NCBI GenBank assembly: GCA_951406725.2
Contig: OX597837.1
Span: forward strand, 31,868,001 to 31,932,000
Source: Octopus vulgaris
Taxonomy: Eukaryota
DNA: 64,000 nt
Direction: 5' to 3'
Below the pieces are notes generated by a model, which saw nothing but the letters and a program-made list of their open reading frames with translations, was not told the DNA's origin and searched no databases. This document shows positions 1-13,595 of the stretch, piece by piece. The translations under genes were made by a program, and so were the position numbers. Numbering within the stretch: the first letter of the stretch is position 1; every line of letters starts with the position of its first letter.

Positions 1-490
1 CGATCGTAGTGTTATGTTAATTATATTTTTTTAATAATTTTGGTATATATTTAAATAATATAAATTAAATAATCTTATGTATTGGCTTAAGTTTTTCATT
101 GTATGATTTGCCTTATAGTGGTTTTATCTCTAATTTAATATAATATATATATATAATGTATGTATGTATGTATGTATGTATGTATGTATGTATGTATGTA
201 TGTATGTATGTATGTATGTATGTATACGTATGTATACACGGAGAAACAGAGAAACATCTAAGGACAAATGTAAGATACTGATTGGTCCGAAACAGACCAG
301 GGAAATCAGAGCAAGTCAGTGATGAGTTCGCGAATGGTGACTAAGGGACTTTGACAAGCTTGATTGATGATTGACCTAACGTTTAATCATACATCCGATT
401 CGTTAATTGGTTAAATGCTCAACAGACATCTGATAGTAAAAAAATGTGAAATAGAACCAACGAGTGTGTTTATTATCTGCACAAGATAAT

Positions 491-754
491 AGGCGCAGGA
501 GTGGCTGTGTGGTAAGTAGCTTGCTAACCAACCACATGGTTCCGGGTTCAGTCCCACTGCGTGCCATCTTGGGCAAGTGTCTTCTGCTATAGCCCCGGGC
601 CGACCAATGCCTTGTGAGTGGATTTGGTAGACGGAAACTGAAAGAAGCCTGTCATATATATGTATATATATGTATGTGTGTGTGTTTGTGTCTCTGTGTC
701 TGTCCCCCTAGCATTGCTTGACAACCGATGCTGGTGTGTTTACGTCCCCGTCAC
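491..754 (+). mobile_element. tRNA-derived SINE family A, 3'-truncated
   Basis: Head ggcgcaggagtggctgtgtggtaag (A-box-like) and ggttcagtccc (B-box-like). Near-identical to many other copies in the window. Stops at gtccccgtcac. Confidence 0.85.
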
Positions 755-1110
755 CAGTATACGAAGTTTAAAATATTTTTAGTTATCTAGAAATTATGTT
801 AAAAACTGCCGTTCAAACCGAAAAGATCCCTCTCCTCTTTAATTAAAAGTCCTTTTGTCACTGCTTGCTGATAAGTTCACAAAAAACTAGAAATTTGCTC
901 GAACATAACCTAACACTGAACATCATAAAAACACTCGTACTTTCAGTCTTAATAATATTTTCAAATGCGCAACTGCGACTATTTTTCAACTACAAAATAT
1001 TACCAAAAAGAATCACTTGAAATCACATAGGAGGTATCTTATATACATTTTGAAATCCCTCTTGCTGCACTGGTTCGTCCTCTAGAATTTCGCGATAAAA
1101 ATAGATCATG

Positions 1111-1281
1111 GGCGCAGGAGTGGCTGTGTGTTAAGTAGCTTGTTTACGAACCACATGGTTCAGGGTTCACTCCCACTGCGTGGCACCTTGGGCAAGTGTC
1201 TTCTACTATAGCCTCGGGCCGACCAAAGCCTTGTGAGTGGATTTGGTAGACGGAAACTGAAAGAAGCCCGTCGTATATATG

Positions 1282-1357
<76 letters not shown>

Positions 1358-1590
1358 TGTGTGTATGTTTGTGTGTCTGTGTTTGTCTCCCTAACATTGC
1401 TTGACAACCGATGCTGGTGTGTTTATGTCCCCGTTACTTAGCGGTTCGGCAAAAGAGACCGATAGAATAAGTACTGGGCTTACAAAAAGAATAAGTCCCC
1501 GGGGTCGAGTTGCTCGATTAAAGGCGGCGCTACACAGCATGGCCGCAGTCAAATGACTGAAACAAGTAAAAGAGTAAAAAGAGTAAGAGT
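1111..1590 (+). mobile_element. SINE family A, full length, with internal (TA)n
   Basis: Same head, internal TA/TG microsatellite, and 3' tail gcagtcaaatgactgaaacaagtaaaagagtaaaa. Confidence 0.9.
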
Positions 1591-2003
1591 ATATATTAAT
1601 AACTATAGTTACTAAATCATTATTTTGTAAATATATATATACATGTTTCTGTCAGTCCTTATTACATTTTTCTCATTCAGTTATTTTATAACATTGCTTC
1701 TCTCCCACACATTTGCTACCATGTTGAACATACTTTACCGACACAAATACTCAAATTGAACATAAACAAACCGTTTCATGTTTTTAACTATAGTTATTAT
1801 ATTGTAATTTTCGTTTTGGGTTTCTCACAATATTGCTTATCCAAGCAACATTGAGTTGTTAATATTAGTGTAATGTATAAAGACGACTATAGAATTTCTT
1901 TATCACAACACGAATGCACACGCATGCACACATATGCACATACATACATACATACATACGTACATACATACATACATATAAACATATGTATATATATATA
2001 CGA

Positions 2004-2042
<39 letters not shown>

Positions 2043-2046
<4 letters not shown>

Positions 2047-2157
2047 CCTGCTCGCTTAGCCAGCGGGGTGGCGTCATTCGAAGGCTAAAACAATGCGAAC
2101 GCATTGTGACCAGCGATGTGTAACAACATCTGATGGTCTGGTCGGTCACGTGATCAT

Positions 2158-2160
<3 letters not shown>
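2043..2160 (+). mobile_element. Isolated 3' tail of SINE family F
   Basis: Reverse-complement match to 13322-13442 (ttggcctgctcgcttagccagc...gtgatca), embedded in (TA)n. Confidence 0.7.
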
Positions 2161-2198
<38 letters not shown>

Positions 2199-2227
2199 GC
2201 ACATATATATACACATGTATGTATGTA

Positions 2228-2274
<47 letters not shown>

Positions 2275-2354
2275 TATATATATACATACAAGTATACGTA
2301 AATGTAATTATATACATATTTGTATATATATATATATATGTATATATATTTATA

Positions 2355-2418
<64 letters not shown>

Positions 2419-2819
2419 CATATATGTGCATATACGCACATATATATTGGTGACTTTCATACATACACTGGAATGTCCTGTAGAGTTGAGTTAATTATTG
2501 AGAAATTAACAGCGCAGTTAACAGAAATTAACCACATTCAAGTTGCAAGAGGACATATTAAACATGATACGGAATAGTATTTATATTCGACCCAAGCTTT
2601 TTTCTAGTTGATCGTTAGTTCGGGTGGTTTTACTTTTGTAGAGTAAAAGTTGTACATAAGTTGGCCATTCCCTGCACTTACCGACGTGAATCTCACCCTC
2701 AATATGACAAAGGAACTCTCAAAATTCTTGGTCTTTTAAATTTTTGGTGGTGGGATTGTGCCCTCTGACTACCCACCATTGGTCATCTCCAACACACGTT
2801 GGTTATATCTATCATATGT

Positions 2820-3200
2820 GGAGGCGCAATGGCCCAGTGGTTAGGGCAGCGGACTCGCGGTCATAGGATCGCGGTTTCGATTCCCAGACCGGGCGTTGTG
2901 AGTGTTTATTGAGCGAAAACACCTAAAGCTCCACGAGGCTCCTGCAGGGGATGGTGGCGATCCCTGCTGTACTCTTTCACCACAACTTTCTCTCACTTTT
3001 ACTTCCTGTTTCTGTTGTACCTGTATTTCAAAGGGCCGGCTTGTCACTCTCTGTGTCACGCTGAATATCCCCGAGAACTACGTTAAGGGTACACGTGTCT
3101 GTGGATTGCTCAGCCACTTACACGTTAATTTCACGAGCAGGCTGTTCCGTTGATTCGGATCAACCAGAACTCTCGTCGTCGTAACCGACGGAGTGCTTCC
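2820..3200 (+). mobile_element. tRNA(Arg)-like SINE family B, full length
   Basis: Head ggaggcgcaatggcccagtggttagggcagcggactcgcgg...ggtttcgattccc. 15-bp TSD atatctatcatatgt at 2805-2819 and 3206-3220. Confidence 0.92.
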
Positions 3201-3603
3201 ATCCCATATCTATCATATGTCCATATGATATGTTTACGGTATATAATATACCGTAACTGGTTTCAGATCGATATTTCAAGAATACATCGAGAATACATAC
3301 TGCTATATATATATATATTATACGGTATATTATATACCGTAAATATATCATATGGGCATATATATATATAATATATTTGTCTTATGCTTCTATCATGTGC
3401 TTCCTATCACCTGTCCCTATCACATGATCCCACCCACGTCTGTTGACGTCTGTTGACTCCATATATTTCCATTCTGTTACCTCCATATCCTTCCATTTTG
3501 CTCTAGAAATCTGTGTGTAATTAATTAATTTATTTATTTATTACATATTTACACATTAGTCTATTTATGTATTAATTTATTCATATATCCATCTTACTAA
3601 TTT

Positions 3604-3905
3604 CGTTTGTTCCTTCTTGAGCCATGACTGGCTCATAAGGGCCGGTTTCCCGGTTTCCTTGGCGTATAGGCTCCCCACCTGGACGGGACGCCGGTCCGTC
3701 GCAGGTGAGCTGCAAGATGCAGGAAGAACGACTGAGAGAAAGTTATGGCGAGAGAGTCAGCAGAAGTTCGCCATTACCTTCTGACGGAGCCGCATGGAGC
3801 TTAGGTGTTTCGCTCATAAACACACATATCACCCGGTCTGAGGTTCGAACCCGCTATCCCTCGACCGCGAGTCCGCTGCTCTAACCACTAGGCCATGTGC
3901 CTCCA
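3604..3905 (-). mobile_element. tRNA(Arg)-like SINE family D
   Basis: Minus strand reads gtggaggcacatggcctagtggttagagcagcggactcgcggtcg. TSD catcttact at 3590-3598 and 3906-3914. Confidence 0.9.
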
Positions 3906-4243
3906 CATCTTACTGATTTACTGAATTCATTTACTATATCTACTTATTGCTCTCCCTTCGATCCTAACCTCTAACGATGCCTCCCATGCGTCGACACTCA
4001 AAAGAATTTTAGAACGGTAATTCGGACAGATTATCCAACACATGTAGAATAAAAGGTGTTCTTAAGCTGGCGATTTCGTGCATTTACCAACTGGATTTAC
4101 GGATTTCTTGTATTTACCTAAAAAATGCAGGAACAATCTTCATGTTTCTTTTTATTTTCTTGTTTGCTTGTTTTTTTCATTCGCGATTCAACTGTGATCG
4201 AGTATGCAATATGGTCAAAGATAATACGTTTATAACCACCTAT

Positions 4244-4475
4244 GGCGGCGAGCTGGCAGAAACGTTAGCGCGCCGGGCGAAATGCTTTGCGGCATTTCGT
4301 CTGCCGCTACGTTCTGAGTTCAAATTCCGCCGAGGTCGACATTGCCATTCATCCTTTCGGGGTCGATTAAATCAGTACCAGTTACGCGCTGGAGATCGAT
4401 ATAATCGACTTAATCCATTTGTCTGTCCTTACTTGTTCTCTCTGTGTTTAGCCCCTTGTGGGTAGTAAAGAAATA
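4244..4475 (+). mobile_element. SINE family C monomer
   Basis: ggcggcgagctggcagaaacgttagc...gagttcaaattcc (B-box)...gtaaagaaata. 14-bp TSD gtttataaccacct at 4228-4241 and 4476-4489. Confidence 0.92.
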
Positions 4476-4748
4476 GTTTATAACCACCTCCACGTTTTAG
4501 TGGTATCTACAACCACATTGTCTCCTGGGAAACAATCGCTAAGGACTGCCCAGAGTGACGTCATGTGGTCGTCGAGAGAAAAGACGTGGTGGAAAATAAC
4601 AGCCGTCACTAAATACAGATATTGCATACTATATACTTCAAAGATTTTATAAGGATTAAACAGTGAAGACTGGTGGTATATCGCGTCAACACACATAGAT
4701 GGGAACACCTAATAAGAAACGCATGACAGAAGCATATGATAGATATGA

Positions 4749-5164
4749 GGGCGGTGAGCTGGCAGAAACTTTAGCACCCCGGACGAAATGCTTAGCAGTT
4801 TTTCGTCTGCCGTTACGTTCTGAGTTCAAATTTCGTCGGGGTCGACTTTGCCTTTCATTCTTTCGGGGTCGATAAATTAAGTACCAGTTACGCACTGGGG
4901 ACGATGTAATCGACTTAATACCTATATCTGTCCTTGTTTGTCCCCTCTATGTTTAGCCCCTTGTGGCTAGTAAAGAAATAGGTATTTCGTTTGCCATTAC
5001 GTTCTGAGTTCAAATTCCGCCGAGGTCAACTTTGCCTTTCATCCTTTCGGGGTCGATAAATTAAGGACCAGTTACGCACCGGGGTCAATATAATCGACTT
5101 AATTCCTTTGTCTGTCTTTGTTTGTCCCCTCTGTGTTTAGCCCCTTGTGGGCACTAAAGAAATA
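4749..5164 (+). mobile_element. SINE family C, head plus two tandem body units
   Basis: Second ~185-bp unit starts at 4981 (ggtatttcgt). TSD aagcatatga(t/c)agatat at 4730-4746 and 5167-5183 brackets the whole dimer. Confidence 0.9.
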
Positions 5165-5612
5165 AAAAGCATATGACAGATATATCATAAGCCCATAAAA
5201 CATGATAAAGGCTTCCGATGGCTATTTACCGACGTGCAGTAGAAGTGGCCGTTTGTAGATAGTCAGTGAGCCCAAGTTAATATATGTTACATAATACTGC
5301 ATGATACCACATGGTCCACCATGTTACACATGCAAAGAGGAAGCTGAGATATTTAAATTGAATATCGATTTCCGAGTGCTAATCATTTACTTTAATTGTC
5401 CCTGAGTTCGTGATAAACTCTTGGTCTAAGCGCCAACACCAGTAGGAGCACCAAGAAGGAATTAAGTAGGCACTTAATTGAATTTTTTTAGATGGTGGTT
5501 CGGTAAGGATTCGAAACTGTTTACAGGGGTTAAAGTCATCCTATAAAACCTGTTGAAAGTTCCGTATGCTGAGTACGAGAGCAATCAGTTAGTTGTGTGT
5601 ATTCTCGAGATC

Positions 5613-5995
5613 GGAGGCGCAATGGCCCAGTGGTTAGGGCAGCGGACACGCGGTCGGAGGATCGCGGTTTCGATTCCCAGACTGGGCGCTGTGAGTGTTT
5701 ATTGAGCGAAAACACCTAAAAGCTCCACGAGGCTCCGGCAGGGGATGGTGGTGATCCCTGCTGTACTCTTTCACCACAACTTTCTCTCACTCTTACTTCC
5801 TGTTTCTGTTGTACCTGTATTTCAAAGGCCGGCCTTGTCACTCTCTGTGTCACGCTGAATATCCCCGAGAACTACGTTAAGGGTACACGTGTCTGTGGAA
5901 TGCTCAGCCACTTACACGTTAATTTCACGAGCAGGCTGTTCCGTTGATCGGATCAACCGGAACCCTCGTCGTCGTAACCGACGGAGTGCTTCCAT
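5613..5995 (+). mobile_element. SINE family B, full length
   Basis: Matches 2820-3200. TSD attctc(g/t)agat at 5601-5611 and 5998-6008. Confidence 0.9.
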
Positions 5996-6911
5996 CCATT
6001 CTCTAGATATCGATCTGAAACCAGTTGTAGTCCGACTGCCTGTGAAAATTAAATCTGGATACAAATATTATTATAGACACAGAACTTAATACAAATTTTA
6101 ATTGAAATACCGAGCTCTAATTTCAGTTGAAATATCACGTATGCAATCAGTGGGAATAAATTGCAGGCCTTACAGACTTAAGAGTGCAGATACGTAATTA
6201 AAAGTTAGATATCCTTATTCAGGCGGTCTCTCGCGTTTATAGCCTAAATATGAGGGCGCATTCCTGAAATATCAGAAATAAGGTTATTGAAAGGAAAGAA
6301 AGAGGCTTAAGGCTATATCTGTAAGAATAAGGTCGGATCATGTTCTGCATGTTGGAACGTAAAAGTTGTTGGGTTAAACGATCTACCATTTGATTAAAAT
6401 AGCATGTCTGCAAATTTCAGTTTAAGATTTTAAAATAACTCCTGTGGGATCTCCTTAACTTCCAGCTGGTTAAATGTTAATTGGGCTTACATTAGCAGAC
6501 CCAGTGGAAGAAAATGAACTGTTTCATTTGTGAGGGAATGGTTCATTCACTGGAGTATTACATATAGCGGTTCTCGCAGGCCTGCGACTATACCAGCGAG
6601 GTAAAAATGCTTTAATAGACGTGCTCGTCAGCTGCGCATAATTGATTCACTCACTATGTAGCTGATGTTATCTGCGGATGGAGAGGGTGGGTATGGGATT
6701 AAAGCACAAATGGCAATGGATGGAAAGTGTCTCTCTGCCTCCTCCACTGCATGTAATTAATTTGTTCATTCGAAATTGACCGGATCAGTAGATGTAACAA
6801 AAATGCGAAAGAAGTTGAAGGAATCACATGAAGTGCAAAGTGTGGAACCAACTGAATGAAGAAGAGTGAAGGAGAAACGAAATCAAGTTTGTTATATTTA
6901 TTTGGTCATGA

Positions 6912-7144
6912 GGCGGCGAGCTGACAGAAACGTTAGCACGCCGGGGACGAAATGCTTAGCGGTATTTCGTCTGCCGTTACGTTCTGAGTTCAAATTCCGC
7001 CGAGGTCGACTTTGCCTTTCATCCTTTCGGGGTCGATAAATAAAGTACCAGTTTCGCACTGGGGTCGATGTAATCGACTTAATCCGTTTGTCTGTCCTTG
7101 TTTGTCCCCTCTTTGTTTAGCCCCTTGTGAGTAGTAAAGAAATA
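6912..7144 (+). mobile_element. SINE family C monomer
   Basis: Family C sequence. 17-bp TSD tatatttatttggtcat at 6893-6909 and 7145-7161. Confidence 0.92.
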
Positions 7145-7273
7145 TATATTTATTTGGTCATTGGTATTAAGTAACCCGAATATCGTTTCGGAAACTCATA
7201 TGTTTAGCAAATTTGTGGTTGGAATTTGTCTCAAATAAATGCACGTCTGAAAGATTGGTATTAGAATTAAATG

Positions 7274-7600
7274 TTCGATTCCCAGACCGGGCGTTGTGAG
7301 TGTTTATTGAGCGAAAACACCTAAAGTTCCACGAGGCTCCGGCAGGGGATGGTGGTGATCCCTGCTGTACTCTTTCACCACAACTTTCTCTCACTCTTAC
7401 TTCCTGTTTCTGTTGTACCTGTATTTCAAAGGGCCGGCCTTGTCACTCTCTGTGTCACGCTGAATATCCCCGACAACTACGTTAAGGGTGCACGTATCTG
7501 TGGAGTGCTCAGCCACTTACACGTTAATTTCACGAGCAGGCTGTTCCGTTGATTCGGATCAACCGGAACCCTCGTCGTCGTAACCGACGGAGTGCTTCCC
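7274..7600 (+). mobile_element. SINE family B, 5'-truncated
   Basis: Starts within the B-box (ttcgattcccagaccggg) and ends gacggagtgcttcc. Confidence 0.85.
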
Positions 7601-7912
7601 ATTAAGCTTTTCATTTGCACACAAATTACATTTGTTGTCTTTCCTTTTTGTACGGCTTCGACCTCGGCTTTTTCAGTTGCTTTTAGGGTTTTCTAGTCTT
7701 CGATCTTTAGGCTTCCGTGGTGAAATCACATGAAGAAACTCGTTTTGCAACATTTAGTGGTTTACGCAAGTGATTACACAAAGAGTTAATTTTATCATCT
7801 CACCCAAAAACAACGGATGTGGAGATGTGTGGAGACAACTGTAATAATAGGGAAATAAAGAATGTTGTTCAAACCATTTTCCCTATCCATCCATCTCTCT
7901 CTCCCTCCCTCC

Positions 7913-7944
<32 letters not shown>

Positions 7945-8010
7945 TATTCTCACATCTTATAATATATTATACACCCACTCACGCATACAAACAGATATAT
8001 ATTTGTGCAT

Positions 8011-8041
<31 letters not shown>

Positions 8042-8286
8042 TAAATACATACATATATGTGTATATACATACATATATATATATGTGTATGTATGTATGT
8101 ATGTATGTGTGTGTGTATGTATGTATATAATTTACAGATACACTCACAAACAAGTACACAATTTTTTCGACTCCTACCCAACCTAGACACAGATATTGCA
8201 GACACAAAAACAGGCCAACGAACATCCTCGATGGTTGCGAAAGAAACATGTATGTCAAACAATAATTATGTCAGACAATTTAATAT

Positions 8287-8403
<117 letters not shown>

Positions 8404-8453
8404 TGTATGTATGTATATATCAAATTGTCTGACATAGATAGATAGATAGATAG

Positions 8454-8485
<32 letters not shown>

Positions 8486-8507
8486 GTATATACATACACA
8501 CATATCT

Positions 8508-8630
<123 letters not shown>

Positions 8631-8709
8631 TGTATGTATATCTATGTATATATATACACATCTACAAATATGAATATTTTTTTGTATATATATATATGTA
8701 CACACACAT

Positions 8710-8743
<34 letters not shown>

Positions 8744-9114
8744 GCGTGTGTGTGTGTGTGTACACTCACATACACATATGTATGCACGTGTCTATCTGTG
8801 CAGGTTTCTACACACACGCACACACGCACACACACACACACACACACACATGAATAAATGTTCACATAGATACTCTCACGTAAGTACACGTAGTAAATGC
8901 ATATATACATATATACACGCATACAGACACATATGCTTATATGACATATATACATTCATACAAACATATATATATACACATACGCACTATGACATACCCG
9001 CATCCATTCGCTAATACATTAAACACGCATCTCTCTACGCACACATACATACATATTAAGTATGCATACATCCACATATTACATAATTCATATCCACAAG
9101 CATTCATATGTTCA

Positions 9115-9216
9115 GGCGCAGGAGTGGCTGTGTGGTAAGTAGCTTGCTAACCAACCACATGGTTCCGGGTTCAGTCCCACTGCGTGGCATCTTGGGCATG
9201 TGTCTTCTGCTATAGC
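9115..9216 (+). mobile_element. SINE family A, 5' remnant left by a deletion
   Basis: Head only. The counterpart at 27741-28158 is full length. Confidence 0.85.
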
Positions 9217-9955
9217 ATACACACATGCATACCAACACACATACATACATACATAGATTCATAAATTTATACATAGATACATACACACGCATACATATAT
9301 ACATACATACACATATATTCATACATACATATACATACATACATATACATACATAAACGCATACACACATAATCACATACATGCATAATCACATACATAC
9401 ATACATACACACACATATATAGATACAAACATACACAGACATATACATACATACAAACATACATCCATAGACACATACACACACATACATACATACATAC
9501 ATACATAAATACATACATACATGCATATATACATACATACATACATACATACATACATACATACATACATACATACATACATACATACATACATACACAC
9601 ACATATACATACATACACACACATATACATACATACACACACATATACATACATACATACATACATACATGCATATACATACATACATACATACATACAT
9701 ACATACATACATACATACATGCATACACACACATATACATACATACATAAATACATATATGCATACATTCACATACATACATACATACATACATAAATAC
9801 ATACATACATGCATACACACACATATACATACATACATACATATATACATACATACATACATACATACAAACAAACATACACACATACATACATACATAC
9901 ATACACACATACATACATACATACATACAGACATGCATATACACACACATACAAA
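9217..9955. repeat. Degenerate (TACA)n/(CA)n microsatellite field
   Basis: Direct reading; counterpart ~29048-29755. Confidence 0.95.
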
Positions 9956-10129
9956 GATGTCACGAATTACCACTTGCCCTGTCTTACAAACCCCCACCCC
10001 CACCCCCGTCCCTCCACGAATGATAAATCTCTTTTAAAGTGTGTTAACCTAAATTACTGCATTTTCTCCGCCGCACCACCACCGCCACCACGTTTCCCCC
10101 CTCTCTTTCCTTTTCATTCACTCGAATAC

Positions 10130-10700
10130 CTCTTCCTTCTTCCACTCCCACACTTCTTCTTCTTTACCCTCCATTCCACTCACCCACTTCTTCTTCGTCT
10201 TCTCCTTCTTCCTCTTCTCCTTTTTCTTCTTCTTCTTCTTCTCCTTCTTCTCCTCCTCCTTTTTTCTTCTCCTTCTTCATCTCCTTCTTCTTCTTCTTCT
10301 TCTTCTTCTTCTTCTTCTTCTCCTTCTTCTCCTCCTGCTCCAGCTCCTTCTTCTTCTTCTTCTTCTTCTTCTTCTTCTTCTTCTTCTTCTTCTTCTCCCT
10401 TCTTCCTCCTCCTCCTCCTCCTCCTCTTCTTCTTCTTCTTCTTCTCCTTCTTCTTCTTCCTCCCCCTCCTCCATCTCCTTCTTCTTCATCTTCTTCTTCT
10501 TCTTCTTCTTATCCCCCCTCCTCCACCTGCTCCTCTTCCTCCTCCTCCTTCTTCTTTCTCTTCCTTTTTTCCTTTGTATCGTATTGTATTCCTTTTATGT
10601 GTATCATTCTTCTTTTCCTTCTCTTTCTTCTTTTTTCCCTTCGCCTCCTTCCCCACCTACTTCTGCCTCTCTCCCCTCCTCCACCTTCTTCTTCTTTAAA
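10130..10700. repeat. Polypyrimidine (CTT/CCT)n tract
   Basis: Direct reading; counterpart ~29930-30490. Confidence 0.95.
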
Positions 10701-10751
10701 ATAAGTCATGGTTACTATTATGTACATACATATTATTATGTAAAAGAAATT

Positions 10752-10786
<35 letters not shown>

Positions 10787-10910
10787 TGTTTTTTTTCTTA
10801 CAATTCTGTTTCCATTTGTTGCCGAGTGTCTTCCCGACACCTAGGGCAAAGCAAAGAAACTCACCGTATACGTTGGTAGGTCATTGAAATAATTTATAAA
10901 GTCAACTTAT

Positions 10911-11550
10911 AAGCGTAGGAGTGTCTCTGTGGTAAATAGCTTGCTAACGAACCACATGGTTCCGGGTTCAGTCCCACTGCGTGGCACCTTGGTCAGGTGT
11001 CTTCTACTATAGCCTTGGACCGACCAAAGCCTTGTGAGTGGATTTGGTAGACGGAAACTGAAAGAAGCCCGTCGTATATATGTATATATATATATGTTTG
11101 TGTGTGTGTGTTTGTCCCCCTAGCATTGCTTGACAACCGATGCTGGTGTGTTTACGTCCCAGTCACTTAGCGGTTCGGCAAAAAGACCGATAGAATAAGT
11201 ACTGGGCTTACAAAAAGATTAAGTCCCGGGGTCGATTTGCTGGTCGATTTGTCTCTGTGGTAAATAGCTTGCTAACGAACCACATGGTTCCGGGTTCAGT
11301 CCCACTGCGTGGCACCTTAGTCAAGTGTCTTATATGTTTGTGTGTGTGTGTTTGTCCCCCTAGCATTGCTTGACAACCGATGCTGGTGTGTTTACGTCCC
11401 CGTTACTTAGCGATTCGGCAAAAGAGACCGATAGAATAAGTACTGGGCTTACAAATAATAAGTCCCGGGGTCGATTTGATCGACTAAAGGCGGTGCTCCA
11501 GCATGGCCACAGTCAAATGACTGAAACAAGTAAAAGAGTAAAAGAGAGTA
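10911..11550 (+). mobile_element. SINE family A with internal partial duplication
   Basis: Head and body run to ~11250, the element restarts at tgtctctgtggtaaatagc, skips the middle and ends with the full tail. Counterpart 30711-31112 is a single copy. Confidence 0.85.
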
Positions 11551-11755
11551 TGTCTGAGAGGAGCGAGGGTGGGTGTGGTGGGGTGGGATAAAGAAAGATG
11601 GAGGTGGTGGGTAAACAGATTAGAGACGAAGAGGAAAATGAGAGTGAAAGTGAGAGGAATGTCGAAGGAGGCAGAAAAAGGGAAAGAAATCCGGAATCCA
11701 GAGGTTTGAGATAGAAATTGTGAGGAGAGGAATAGGAGTAAAAGAAGAGGAAAAT

Positions 11756-12470
<715 letters not shown>

Positions 12471-13168
12471 TGTGGAGGAGGAGGAGGAGGAGGAGGAGGA
12501 AGAGGGGTTAGAATGCACAACGAAAGAAATTGAGGGAATTGTAAATACAGGAATGAATGGAAATGGTGAGGAATGCATGAGGCAGAAAAAAAAAGAAGCG
12601 AGGAGCGAAGGAAATGCAATAATGTTGATAATAATGAGGACGAAGAGGAGGCAGAGGAGGAAGAATACAAGCAAGGTTAGAGTGCTAGGCCAGGTCTGTT
12701 TCTTTCGAATAACGTTAAACTTTAAATGTAGTTCTTATTTAGTTCCAGGACTTGAGGAATTCCAATGTCTGTGTGAGGTTATCGCCAGCTTGAGGATATG
12801 TATATCATGTTAAAGGAAGGGAGAGGAGAGGAGGAAATGCGGGAAAGGAAGCGTAGGTAAAAGGGAAGGGGGAAACCCATATGGAGTGGGAAGAGGTGAG
12901 AGCAAAATTAGAAGGAGGAAGTAGAAATGATAAGTAGATAGACGTAGAGGAGGGGAGGTCGGATGTGAAAGTAGGGAAGGTTGGATGTGGAAGGGAGATA
13001 AATGGGTAAGGGAAAGCGGCAGGTATGTGAAAAGGGGGAAGGGAGATGAATAGGAGATTGTGGGTTGATATGTAATTGACTAAAATAGCCAAAGATACTG
13101 CACCAACATAGCCAGAATGCAAAGACTAGCGTCACCATCAGAATATGCGAGTGTCCGTATACATACAT

Positions 13169-13249
<81 letters not shown>

Positions 13250-13321
13250 GGAGTAAACACATAAATGTGAAACAAGGTGGAAAAAGAGTACTCAAATGCT
13301 TTATAAAGTATATATATATAT

Positions 13322-13590
13322 CACCGTGATCACCGTGATCGACCAGGCTATCAGATGTTGCTACACATCGCTGGTCACAATGCGCTTCGCATTGTTTTAG
13401 CCTTCAGATGACGCCACCTCGCTGGCTAAGCGAGCAGGCCAACAGAAGAAAGAGTGAGAGAAAGTTGTGGCCAAAGAGTACAGCAGGGATCGCCACCATC
13501 CCCTGCTGGAGCCTCGTGGAGCTTTAGGTGTTTTCGCTCAATAAACACTCACAATGCCTGGTCTGGGAATCGAAACTGCGATCCTACGAC
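13322..13590 (-). mobile_element. SINE family F (family-B head/core with a different 3' tail), 5'-truncated, copy 1 only
   Basis: Minus strand ggtcgtaggatcgcagtttcgattcccagacc...cacaactttctctcactc, followed by the tail also seen at 2043-2160. Confidence 0.8.
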
Positions 13591-13595
13591 CATTT

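Noticed and set aside
275-345. ctgattgg..cgaaac and gtgatga hammerhead-like words
   Set aside because: Core elements are incomplete or in the wrong order, with no consistent three-stem fold.
1540-1580. SINE A tail agtc-aaat-gact-GAAAC-aa-GUA resembling the 3' half of a hammerhead (similar to 13596-13630)
   Set aside because: No CUGANGA or UUGANAA upstream in any copy; more simply the LINE-recognition stem-loop.
1865-2577. Many ORFs of the YIYI/MYVC/HTHT type here and throughout the window
   Set aside because: Translations of (TA)n, (TATG)n and (CA)n microsatellites, which lack stop codons; no coding signal.
2820-2895. tRNA-Arg-like gene
   Set aside because: Head of a multi-copy SINE with TSDs; acceptor stem not maintained. 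The same applies to the other tRNA-like heads.
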